Of a stretch of 64,000 nt of DNA, positions 48,294-57,408 are shown piece by piece. Within the stretch, counting starts at the first letter, position 1; the number at the start of each line of letters is the position of its first letter. The translations under genes and the position numbers were made by a program. The DNA lies in IMG/VR virus record IMGVR_UViG_3300030330_005471. One strand, given 5' to 3'. The DNA comes from a virus. Taxonomy: Duplodnaviria > Caudoviricetes. A model generated the notes under the pieces. The model had not been told where the DNA came from. It ran no database searches and saw only the letters and a list, made by a program, of their open reading frames with translations.

Positions 48294-51148
48294 ATGGAAC
48301 AAGATAATATACCCGATGTAGGAGATTTAGTCACAGTATTTAGATCAATCCCTAACGCAATAAACCGTATGGGATTGGTCATAAAGGTTGAGTACAGTAG
48401 TCAAGTACCCATATTCACTGTACAATTTCCAGATGGAACTGTTCGCACCTTGGGAAGATTGTGGATCGAAAAGATTAAAAAATAAAAACGGACATTTTTT
48501 GTCCTTTACAAATTCTTTTAAACCTATTATATTACTAGTATAACCAACAACAAGGAGTTATCCATGAGAATACGAAACAACCAAGGTGCTACAATGACCC
48601 CCAAGTGTGCGAACCTTATCCGAGACTTGAACAAACTAGTTCGTGAAGGTCTTTCCATTGAAGAGGCAGAGGAATACCTTAAACTTGAAAATTGGCGATG
48701 TGATCAAGGCTATGCACCTCACAAAGGCGATTGGAAAAAGGCTAAAAAGCGAATCCTCCAAGTAGCAGAGTTCAGAAAGACAGGTGCTACTACCCTCAAG
48801 GGTGGGTGGGGTAAGCGATGAATATCGGAGACATAATGCTATACAACAATCGAGAAAACCCTCGCCTAAACGATACCTTAGTTCTCATAATGGGAAACAA
48901 TGGTCGTATCCACAGGAAAGTAATGTTCTTGAAAGATGGATTTATAACAGAGAACTGTTGGGTAGGTTACTTATTACCAATAGGAGATAACCATGTCAGT
49001 AGGTGAAATTTATTTGTGGAATGATGGAGTGTTGGATCACTTGGTCATGATCGTACCATCGGGGAACGGAGTAGGGAATTGGGTTGGGTGGTGTTCAGTT
49101 CAGTTCATCAGTGGAGGACGAAAATTTCAAGTCCAACACTACCAACTTAAACCTTTGGAGAACAGATGAAAGAAGAATTCAAGATAGGCGATCTCGTTGA
49201 GGTCAAGATTCTCAGAGATCATCCCGAAATTGGAATAGTGGTAGGCATTGAAGATCCCGAAAGAACCAACAATGGTCTATATGTATTGATCGAGGGTTGG
49301 ACTCCTAGTGGAGGCATGGTTAAGGCTTGGCTACCATTGAACAGAGTAAAAAAAATAAAAACGGACAAAATTTGACCTTTACAATTTAAACAGACCTTGA
49401 TATAATACTAATACATTCAACAACAGGAGAACATTATGTTAAAAAGAAGTAGGTACTCACAACAATATAAAACCATTCAACAGGCAAGGGCTTGGGCTTA
49501 TGAACAAGATTTTAATGATGTATGGTATCTTATCCACAACAGAGAGAAGAACAGATACCAGTTGGTAAATGATGGTCGGCTTTACTACCTACAACATTGT
49601 TGGGATCTTGACTTTGAAATTATTGAAACTTGGGAATAGATATGAAGGTAGGTGATTTGGTGTTGCTCGACATAGGATATGGCAACCCATACGGTATGAA
49701 AAAGCCACCCGAATTAGCGATCATCAGAGGTATCAACACAGACTATAGCCCAACTCGATACTACCTAACAGTGGTGTCAACAGGAAAACGCAAGTGGGCA
49801 ACTCAAAATTTCATCGAACCAGTGGAGGAAACATGCAAGTAGGAGATTTAGTGTGGTCATTGTCAGATGACATCAAAGGCTCGAAGAAACGATTGGCGAT
49901 CATCCTCGCCTTAGACTATGACCATTGGAATCCATATTTCATCCAGTTAGTCGCTTGTGGGAGACAGGGAAAAACAGCAAGAAAGTATCTCGAACCATTG
50001 GACAGAGACTAAACGGACAAAAAATGTCCTTTACAAATCCCAACCACCCTGTTATAATATAAACATCATTCAAACGAACCAAGGAGTTCAACATGACTTT
50101 AGTAGACCTTCAAGAACTATTCAGCGATTCACTCTCTCTAACACGAGAGGAGATCAGCAAACTCGATAAACAAGCCCTCGTGGAAAATGCTCATGGTGAT
50201 CCTAAACTCCCTCGGAGAGAACGAAACATTCAAGCGATACGAAACAATCTCTTGTTGAGTATGATCGAGTGGAACGAGATAGACCACGACAGCCTACTTG
50301 ATCGTTGGTATTTCATAACTAGCAGAGCGATTGAACTGGGAGATTTCTGTCCCGACTTGGCAAAGGTACATATGTTGGGTGTAGAGCATGTTTTATCTCT
50401 TCGGTCATAATTTGTCCTTTACATTCTGAGACAACAGGTTATATTACTGATATGAACAACGGAGAAAACATGGAACCATTTTTAGATATAGGGACTCTCG
50501 TAATATACGAACTGTGGCGACCGAACATAGAAGATATGGAATTGGTTGTGGGGTTGATAACCAAGGTCAACCGAAAGATATGGAATAACCACAGAATCCT
50601 TATTCCAAAGTACAATATAGAAAGAATGGAGAACAGGTGCAAGATATACATCTTCACAGAGGAGAACTGGGACAAACTATACAAGGAGAGAGTAGCATGG
50701 AAAAACTAAAGATCGGAGATCTTGTCAAGTATCCTAGAGGCATTAACGATGATAGCAACGGAATTTTGTGTATTGTGATAGAGATAAAAGGAAACACAGG
50801 ACAATACATAGTACAGAGCATAGCCACAGGTGAGCATTATGTAGCGATTGATCGTTGGCTCACACACCCACCCCTATACCCGAACCAACGGAGACAACAA
50901 TGAAAAATAATGTAGACTTTATTGAACCAACAACCAAGTACACCATAGGGGATCTAGTACAGTACCCCATGTCCAAAGCAGTAGAAGAAGGAAAAGTTAC
51001 ACCAACCCTATGTCTCGTTGTAGAGATACGGAATGGATACTATAGGCTTCAGTGTACTAGGACTCGGTTGTTTCATAACACCACAGAACAGTGGATAGCC
51101 CTACCCACCTACTACCCTACCCCTATGGGGTCACTAAAAACTCCCTAG
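48294..51148 (+). other. Second cluster of minigenes, mostly GDLV family (48294, 48818, 49166, 49642, 49833, 50470, 50697, 50900) plus 48564, 49436 and 50093
   Basis: Family motifs; boxed promoters. Confidence 0.75.
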
Positions 51149-51272
51149 ATGGTCATTAAGGGCTTGTATGCGTACCTTGGAGTATATGTCCGTATTCGTT
51201 TGTACTCGCCTGTATATACTGTATCAAAGTCACCCTACGAGTGTAACTATCACCCCGAAAAGGAAAACGACA

Positions 51273-51491
51273 ATGAAAAACGAAAATACCCCGAAAAACT
51301 CACAGCAAACCCTATTTCCTCGCATTACAAGCGTATCACAGGCGATCATGTACATAGAGGATTACCACAGTGACGAGTTCTTTGTTGAGTCCTTCCAGTA
51401 CCTCATAGACACAGGCGTTGTATGGCAGTTGCAAGGTTGGTACGGTCGCACAGCCATAGACTTGATCAATACAGGCGTATGCACACGATAA
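51273..51491 (+). CDS. Conserved phage hypothetical protein (FQYLIDTG..WQLQGWYGR)
   Basis: Recognisable phage motif. Confidence 0.7.
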   Translation: MKNENTPKNSQQTLFPRITSVSQAIMYIEDYHSDEFFVESFQYLIDTGVVWQLQGWYGRTAIDLINTGVCTR

Positions 51492-51625
51492 AGTCTTGAC
51501 AGACTTTCAAGCGACTCCTAGAGAGAATCGACTAAAGTTCTCGTTTAAATGGTTTAAACCGTAGGTTTAAATGGTATAAAAGTCTTGACATTTGGTATAT
51601 TTATATACCAATTGGCTTAAATAAT

Positions 51626-51668
51626 TTAATTGACATTTCGATGTTTCAGATTTAATTGACATTTCGAT
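51626..51668 (+). repeat. Two copies of 17-bp TTAATTGACATTTCGAT
   Basis: Identical to the 35074 series. Confidence 0.9.
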
Positions 51669-51780
51669 ATAGACTGTTTTCCGAATCGGTCAAATTCTGT
51701 CCGAAAACGGAATAAAAAAGATTTGACAGATCAGCCCAAACGAATTACATTACCTTTACATTCAAACCAACGAGGTAAAT

Positions 51781-52023
51781 ATGAAAATGAATAAAGGCGA
51801 TCTAGTTCAAGTAAACATTGGATACGGAGCCGTTGAGGGCGATCCTCTCAAGTGCGAGCTAAAGAAGGCTTGGGGCGTGATCACAGAGATCCGTAGAGAA
51901 GGCGAACGCCTTATGGTTCACTTTATCGAAGATGATCGTGAATACTTGATAAAAAGATTCAACATAAAGGTGGTCGTAAACAAGAACGGTCAAATTCTGT
52001 CCGAAACTAATATTGACAAATAA
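51781..52023 (+). CDS. GDLV-family minigene
   Basis: MKMNKGDLVQV. Confidence 0.7.
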   Translation: MKMNKGDLVQVNIGYGAVEGDPLKCELKKAWGVITEIRREGERLMVHFIEDDREYLIKRFNIKVVVNKNGQILSETNIDK

Positions 52024-52069
52024 ACCTAAACCGATTATAATATATATACATTCAAACAACGAGGTCACT

Positions 52070-52381
52070 ATGACAAACGAAGAACTTATTAAAGCATTTA
52101 TTAACAAGACTCACGAGTACGGAAAGAACGGCACAGGTGCGTTATCTTTCGTAGGAAACAGGATCTATTCTTACAACCTCCTTATAGGAGAATACATAGA
52201 TCGCTCTGAAGAGGGTTTTATCGGACTCCTTATCCACGACCACATGGCAACAGGATTGGGATTCATCTCGGCTACAACCTCTCAGCATGTCTCTCTCCTT
52301 AAGAGACTCACCGAGTATCACCCTAGAAGGATCAACTCTACCGAGACATCAATCTTTGGTGCACCGTATCACAGACAATAA
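52070..52381 (+). CDS. Hypothetical protein (IYSYNLLIG...SATTSQHV)
   Basis: GAGGT RBS. Confidence 0.7.
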   Translation: MTNEELIKAFINKTHEYGKNGTGALSFVGNRIYSYNLLIGEYIDRSEEGFIGLLIHDHMATGLGFISATTSQHVSLLKRLTEYHPRRINSTETSIFGAPYHRQ

Positions 52382-52428
52382 CCCTACTACCCTACTATAC
52401 CCCCTTAACCCATACCATGAGGTAAATT

Positions 52429-52599
52429 ATGAAAAACATCCTTATACCCTTCTTCTTCTCTCAACTCCCTTTCGCTCTCCTTCTCTTCGCAATTGGTTGC
52501 TTTAAAGCAAATGCTGAAACCGAAGAGGCTCCAATCGCCACTGTGACAGTGGTAGACTCCGAGATCGAGATCATTGACGCTACAACCGTAAACCAGTAG
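52429..52599 (+). CDS. Small lipoprotein (MKNILIP...LLLFAIGC)
   Basis: Classical signal peptide with lipobox; manual translation. Confidence 0.6.
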   Translation: MKNILIPFFFSQLPFALLLFAIGCFKANAETEEAPIATVTVVDSEIEIIDATTVNQ

Positions 52600-52608
52600 G
52601 AGACACTT

Positions 52609-52845
52609 ATGAATTACGATACAGACAACACACTTTCAGCAACCACACGAGAGGCTAAGCAACTAGCAAACGAGATCCGACAAAGAGTATTTGTCCTCTA
52701 TTACCCTGCCGATGACGAATTCGACTATAGCGAGTTCAAGCCCGACCGAGACGATATGACTGTTTCAGTCATGAGAGAGGTCAAGCCCGATCCTATCCAA
52801 TATGAGGAAGGTTGCAACGGACTCAAGTACAATACCGTAAGGTAG
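52609..52845 (+). CDS. Hypothetical protein
   Basis: AGGAG RBS. Confidence 0.65.
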   Translation: MNYDTDNTLSATTREAKQLANEIRQRVFVLYYPADDEFDYSEFKPDRDDMTVSVMREVKPDPIQYEEGCNGLKYNTVR

Positions 52846-52867
52846 GCATGGGCCCCCACGTTTAAAC

Positions 52868-52908
52868 AGCCGACAATGGAGGATTGTCGGTTGGTTTTTC
52901 ATTTTTTT
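52868..52908 (+). terminator. Rho-independent terminator
   Basis: AGCCGACAAT-GGAGG-ATTGTCGGTT followed by T-rich tract. Confidence 0.7.
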
Positions 52909-53047
52909 AATTAATTGACATTTCGATGTCACATGCATGTGTGATCGAGCTTCCTACGGAAGTCGGACAAATTCTGTCCGTTTTACGGTTGCTCGATCAA
53001 TCCGAATTGGTTATAATATATATATGAAAACAACAAAGGAGATTCAT

Positions 53048-53641
53048 ATGAAAGAATTTGTCATCACAATTAACCCCTTCCGAGCCCCTTTTATGAGAGA
53101 ACGAATGATCCCCGTTCAGACCGTATGCAAGTATCGCAACGGATCCAAGTACGAGTATAGCGAATATGCGTACGGTAAGCCCCATTGTGGTCGTGTCTAC
53201 CGATGGACTGACACACCCGAATCACTTGCCGAAAAAGAGCGTCATATCCCTGCTTTTATGGAAAGAGTAGAGAGGACATATGAGAAGGCTAGAACACGAT
53301 TCAGTAAGACCTATCAAGGGATCTCCCACGAGGACGAGGTTGTTAGAACATACGCACCTTATCCACAGTGCCCACAAGCGATCAAGTCCGTTATGTCCGA
53401 TAGATGGAACCAGTACATAGCCGATAGACAATTTCTGTCCAACATTGTGTCTCGTATGAGGATCCAATTCGGACATTTAATGACCAGTGCTCAGACTGGC
53501 GAGTATGACAGGATAGGCGACTCGCTTTATCGAATTCATTCTATGTATATGACTCTATCGGCTATGTGTCGACCCGATCACCATAGAGTAGAATACAGGA
53601 AGATCAAGGGAGTTGACCCTCTACTAGCGAATAGAAGATAG
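53048..53641 (+). CDS. Hypothetical protein
   Basis: AAGGAG RBS before ATG 53048. Confidence 0.7.
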   Translation: MKEFVITINPFRAPFMRERMIPVQTVCKYRNGSKYEYSEYAYGKPHCGRVYRWTDTPESLAEKERHIPAFMERVERTYEKARTRFSKTYQGISHEDEVVRTYAPYPQCPQAIKSVMSDRWNQYIADRQFLSNIVSRMRIQFGHLMTSAQTGEYDRIGDSLYRIHSMYMTLSAMCRPDHHRVEYRKIKGVDPLLANRR

Positions 53642-53909
53642 TCGGTCAATTTCTGTCCGTTTCACAGTTGCACACTCTGTTCGAATTTGTTATATTATAT
53701 ATATGAAAACAACCAAGGAGGTTTTTCATGCTACAGTTCGCGATAATTTTCACTTACACGATCCTGATCGTTCCTTCCTTCTGTGTGGTGTGGAGAGTAA
53801 TCCACGAAGAATATTTTTAAACTGGACAAATTCTGTCCGTTTCCAACTTGCACACTTTAACCAAATCGATTATAATATATATATGAAAACAACAAAGGAG
53901 TATTTCATT

Positions 53910-54206
53910 ATGTCACAATATCATATGACCAGTCAACAACGCAAAGCCCTCAACGCCTCGATCAATAGACAGATCGCTCAATCATACGAGAGACTTATGG
54001 ATCTCTGTAACGAGAGATTTGACGAGAACCACGAGGATCCCAAACTCGCTGCTTTAAACAAGCGATTGAATGAGGGTGCTGTTGCTATCGAAGATCTTAT
54101 CCTCTCTATATGGGATGACGAGATCGACCAAAAAGATGATCAACTCTCTAAAGAAGAGATCGCTCTTATCAAAGAAGAAATCGCTGACGAGTTTGGCGAA
54201 GAATAA
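53910..54206 (+). CDS. Hypothetical protein
   Basis: AAGGAG RBS before ATG 53910. Confidence 0.65.
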   Translation: MSQYHMTSQQRKALNASINRQIAQSYERLMDLCNERFDENHEDPKLAALNKRLNEGAVAIEDLILSIWDDEIDQKDDQLSKEEIALIKEEIADEFGEE

Positions 54207-54259
54207 ACAACCCTTTTCAACTAACTACTACAATAACCCTATCCAAAGGATAAACTAAT

Positions 54260-54580
54260 ATGTCTAATTTCTCTATCTATGAATCTCCGATCTATCGTGG
54301 CTCTTACTATGTCGTCAACAACTCCACTGGTGAGCGTGTCGACTGTCATAACCTTGCAACAGCCCTTCAACACATTAGAGATCGCGAAAACCCTCAGAAC
54401 CCTGTCACTCACGAGCCTAAGCAAGTAACACTTGAAGAGCATTTCGGTTGCTTAACTGGTGGTATGGGCTACACTCCTGCGATCACTTGGACTTTAACAG
54501 GTCGTGTTGAACGCGTTCACAACTGGGCTACAGCCAAAGAGATCGCTCGAACCTTTCCTAAAAAAACTTGGTTACAATAA
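54260..54580 (+). CDS. Hypothetical protein
   Basis: AAGGA RBS. Confidence 0.65.
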   Translation: MSNFSIYESPIYRGSYYVVNNSTGERVDCHNLATALQHIRDRENPQNPVTHEPKQVTLEEHFGCLTGGMGYTPAITWTLTGRVERVHNWATAKEIARTFPKKTWLQ

Positions 54581-54618
54581 CCTACTACCCTATCACCCCT
54601 TCACCCTTGGAGAATACC

Positions 54619-54798
54619 ATGGAAACATTACCCACTACTATCGATTCGATTAACCTCGCTCGATCCTTTACCCTTCACAATATTATTAAACAACTAGATG
54701 AAATGAAATCAATTGATGGATATTCTCCACTAGAGATCTCACTACTTGAAGAATTATTAAATGAGATCATTGACTCTATCACACCACTTGAGGAGTAG
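54619..54798 (+). CDS. Hypothetical protein
   Basis: GGAG RBS. Confidence 0.55.
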   Translation: METLPTTIDSINLARSFTLHNIIKQLDEMKSIDGYSPLEISLLEELLNEIIDSITPLEE

Positions 54799-55151
54799 CA
54801 TGCCGATTGAACCTTTTATTTATTGCTTTATCACCCTGTTTTTCATTAACACTTTATTCTTATTTTTAATGTTCATTAATTTTGTTGATGATTAAAACGG
54901 GGGGATCCCCTCCCCCTCCCACTGATGGAACCTCGAAATAAGTACTTAGAACCTTTGTTTTCGGCCGGGCCGGCCTGATACGTTGAATATACGCACGGAA
55001 ATTTTCCAGATTTAGAACTTATGCCACTTGGCATAAAACGGTTTTAACACATTTCATAAAAAGTTTGTACCAAGTGGACTAAAAAAAACACCCAGAAAAA
55101 ATTTCTCAAATAGGAAGGTAATCCACTATTTATACCAAGAGGTATAAACTT

Positions 55152-55610
55152 ATGAAACTCACAAGCAAACTTTTAAGAAAACTTATATTGGAAGAGTACG
55201 CTAGAATTACAGGTGACATAGATCAAGAATATGAATACCCAGAGTATCAAGATAAACTAAGAACATTGGCCAAGAGCGATTCGAAGCAAGCAATGAACCT
55301 TGCACAATCCCTCGATGAACCATTAGACGTTGAATTCGACCCAGATAATATTAAGACGTTGGGTAAACACAGAGCAGCTATTGATGACTTGTTCAGCGAT
55401 GATAGAATGTTCTATGAAAAATACTTAATGTGGCTATATCGTAATACAGATAGACGTCCCCAGTTTAAGGACCCAATCGACCCCAAGAAAGCATATGAAT
55501 ATGCATTGGAAATTGGCGAAAAACCCCAGAAGGTCCTTAAGCACCTTGAGCTCCAACACCAGAAGTATATGTTGCAAACATATATTAAACCATTGGAGTT
55601 GGAACAATAA
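55152..55610 (+). CDS. Tagged protein MKLTSKLLRKLILEE
   Basis: Shared tag; CTATTTA at 55126. Confidence 0.75.
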   Translation: MKLTSKLLRKLILEEYARITGDIDQEYEYPEYQDKLRTLAKSDSKQAMNLAQSLDEPLDVEFDPDNIKTLGKHRAAIDDLFSDDRMFYEKYLMWLYRNTDRRPQFKDPIDPKKAYEYALEIGEKPQKVLKHLELQHQKYMLQTYIKPLELEQ

Positions 55611-55767
55611 TGCTTACACCAGAAGAAATAAAACTCCATCAAGAAATAGTTGATGCACACAAACGAATGATAGAATATCATAAAAAACAAATAGCAAAGC
55701 TGCATGCGAAGCTATACCCAGAGCGTTGCTGCTTTGAAGATAACCGAAAGAGGCTCCCAGTAATCAA

Positions 55768-56343
55768 ATGAAACTTACAAAGAAAAAACTATACAAACTA
55801 ATAAACGAGCAGTTTAGTCTCGAACAAGAAAAGAAAATATATTATTTAATAGATAGGACCCGCGAAGACCTGCTTACGTTGGAAGACGTTGCTCACTTTT
55901 TTCCGCCACTGATTAATGATGTATATTCTGTTCCTGATAGGGAACAAGCAAAATTTGAAAGACTTGTCGATGATAAATTTTTTAGACCATATATCATGAA
56001 GCACTACTATGCTCTCAAAAGAATGAGCGAAATTCTCTATGAAGTAAACTCATACTTAGTTCTCTTAAGGGACTTGGAAATCGAAAAAGAAGAGCTACTA
56101 AAGGCCATTGAAGAGATGTTAAATATGTCCTTGATGCTTGGGGCTGGGCGAGCAAGTATTCAAGTTAATTTAAGCCAAGCATTAAGCTTAATGGACACGG
56201 GAATAATGTTTTTAGAAGACCTCAAAGCAACAGATCCCAAATATTTTGGCGATGATATTGACTTTAGAGGCTCGCTGTCGCCAATCATGGCTTTTGAAGA
56301 AAACTATAAAGATTTGAAAGACTATCTGGAAAGTATGCGATGA
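55768..56343 (+). CDS. Tagged protein MKLTKKKLYKLINE
   Basis: Shared tag. Confidence 0.75.
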   Translation: MKLTKKKLYKLINEQFSLEQEKKIYYLIDRTREDLLTLEDVAHFFPPLINDVYSVPDREQAKFERLVDDKFFRPYIMKHYYALKRMSEILYEVNSYLVLLRDLEIEKEELLKAIEEMLNMSLMLGAGRASIQVNLSQALSLMDTGIMFLEDLKATDPKYFGDDIDFRGSLSPIMAFEENYKDLKDYLESMR

Positions 56344-57035
56344 AACTTACAAAGAAAAAATTATACAAACTGATAATCAAAGAAATAAAAGCTTTTTATC
56401 AATCTCCACGTCCAATGAAAAAACGTCTTATGGCTGACCCTGATGTCGACAAAGCAACTGCGATGAAGCTTTATCGCATGCTGGATTCCGAAGATGAAGC
56501 CGATAGGGAATCTGCGGCGGAACTAATGGCTGCTTTGGGAATTGGTGAGTACGGAGAAGACGACGAAGACATAACGGTCATGGACACTCCCGAATTCGAT
56601 ACCGAAAGAGATACTCCACAATACTCTCCCATGTATAACCACAATATCGAGCAAGAACTTAAACTTACCGCTAAAGAAAAAAACCGACTTCGTTTAATTG
56701 CTTCTGCTTCGGATAATATTTCACACAAAATTACCATAATTGACAAATTGGAAGAAAAAGCCAAACGAGACTTTAGAAGAATATTACCGTTTCTGATGGA
56801 ACCTGAAGATTTGCCAAAACGTGGCGAAATGAATCAAGCCGCTAAAGATGCGATGGATCTTATGGAAAAAGTAATTGATATTTTTTATGAAAATGTGGAA
56901 GATGCTTTCAAGGATTTGCAAGACACTAATTTTATCGCTTATGAATCGTATTATGACAAACTTTCAAGATATATGTTAGATTACTTTGATGATGTTTCAA
57001 AGGGTAGAAAACAAATGGAACCGTGGGACCGATAG
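56340..57035 (+). CDS. Tagged protein MKLTKKKLYKLIIKE
   Basis: Shared tag. Confidence 0.75.
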   Translation: MKLTKKKLYKLIIKEIKAFYQSPRPMKKRLMADPDVDKATAMKLYRMLDSEDEADRESAAELMAALGIGEYGEDDEDITVMDTPEFDTERDTPQYSPMYNHNIEQELKLTAKEKNRLRLIASASDNISHKITIIDKLEEKAKRDFRRILPFLMEPEDLPKRGEMNQAAKDAMDLMEKVIDIFYENVEDAFKDLQDTNFIAYESYYDKLSRYMLDYFDDVSKGRKQMEPWDR

Positions 57036-57092
57036 AAGGTTTATAATTATTGTAAAAAATTTTTTAGGCGAAGACTTTAAAGGAGTAAAACT

Positions 57093-57368
57093 ATGAAAAT
57101 AACAAAAGAAGAGCTGCGACAAATTATTCGAGAGGAACTTGAAGCTGTGGTTGATGAGGGATTATTTGGATCAAAGGTTGGAAGACAACTTTCTCCCGAC
57201 AAATATCATTATGATAAAAAAGATAAACCAAAGAAAAAAGCAAATTCTGAATATAAAGGTGATGACTATGACGTTGATGATATCAATCAAAAAATGGCAA
57301 AGAAATTTGGTGCTAAATATAAAAAACTAAAAGAAGAAGAGGAAGAGTCTGAAGAACAAGACTCGTAA
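57093..57368 (+). CDS. Tagged protein MKITKEELRQIIREEL
   Basis: Shared tag. Confidence 0.75.
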   Translation: MKITKEELRQIIREELEAVVDEGLFGSKVGRQLSPDKYHYDKKDKPKKKANSEYKGDDYDVDDINQKMAKKFGAKYKKLKEEEEESEEQDS

Positions 57369-57408
57369 ATAAAAGATAAAACGACATAGTTACTTTATAG
57401 GAGCTATT

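Larger units (their letters stand above)
35339..53900 (+). promoter_or_regulatory. About 27 copies of palindrome-boxed promoter GG(A/T)CA-N5-TG(T/A)CC + TTTACA...TA(T/C)(A/T)(A/T)T + CAACA-rich leader + GGAG
   Basis: Boxes near 35340, 35557, 35638, 36561, 37933, 38373, 39432, 40209, 41277, 41677, 42303, 43181, 44254, 44588, 45962, 46514, 47022, 48220, 48490, 49363, 50015, 50403, 51688, 51988, 52965, 53644, 53824. Confidence 0.9.

Noticed and set aside
35127-51148. Diversity-generating retroelement
   Set aside because: No reverse transcriptase and no template/variable repeat pair differing only at adenines.
35339-53900. Classical integron attC array
   Set aside because: No RYYYAAC/GTTRRRY cores, no long imperfect hairpins and no integrase in the window; each unit has its own promoter.
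53703-53909. Long ORF with repeated MKTTKE
   Set aside because: MKTTKE is the translated promoter/RBS leader; likely genes are 53728-53820 and 53910-54206.
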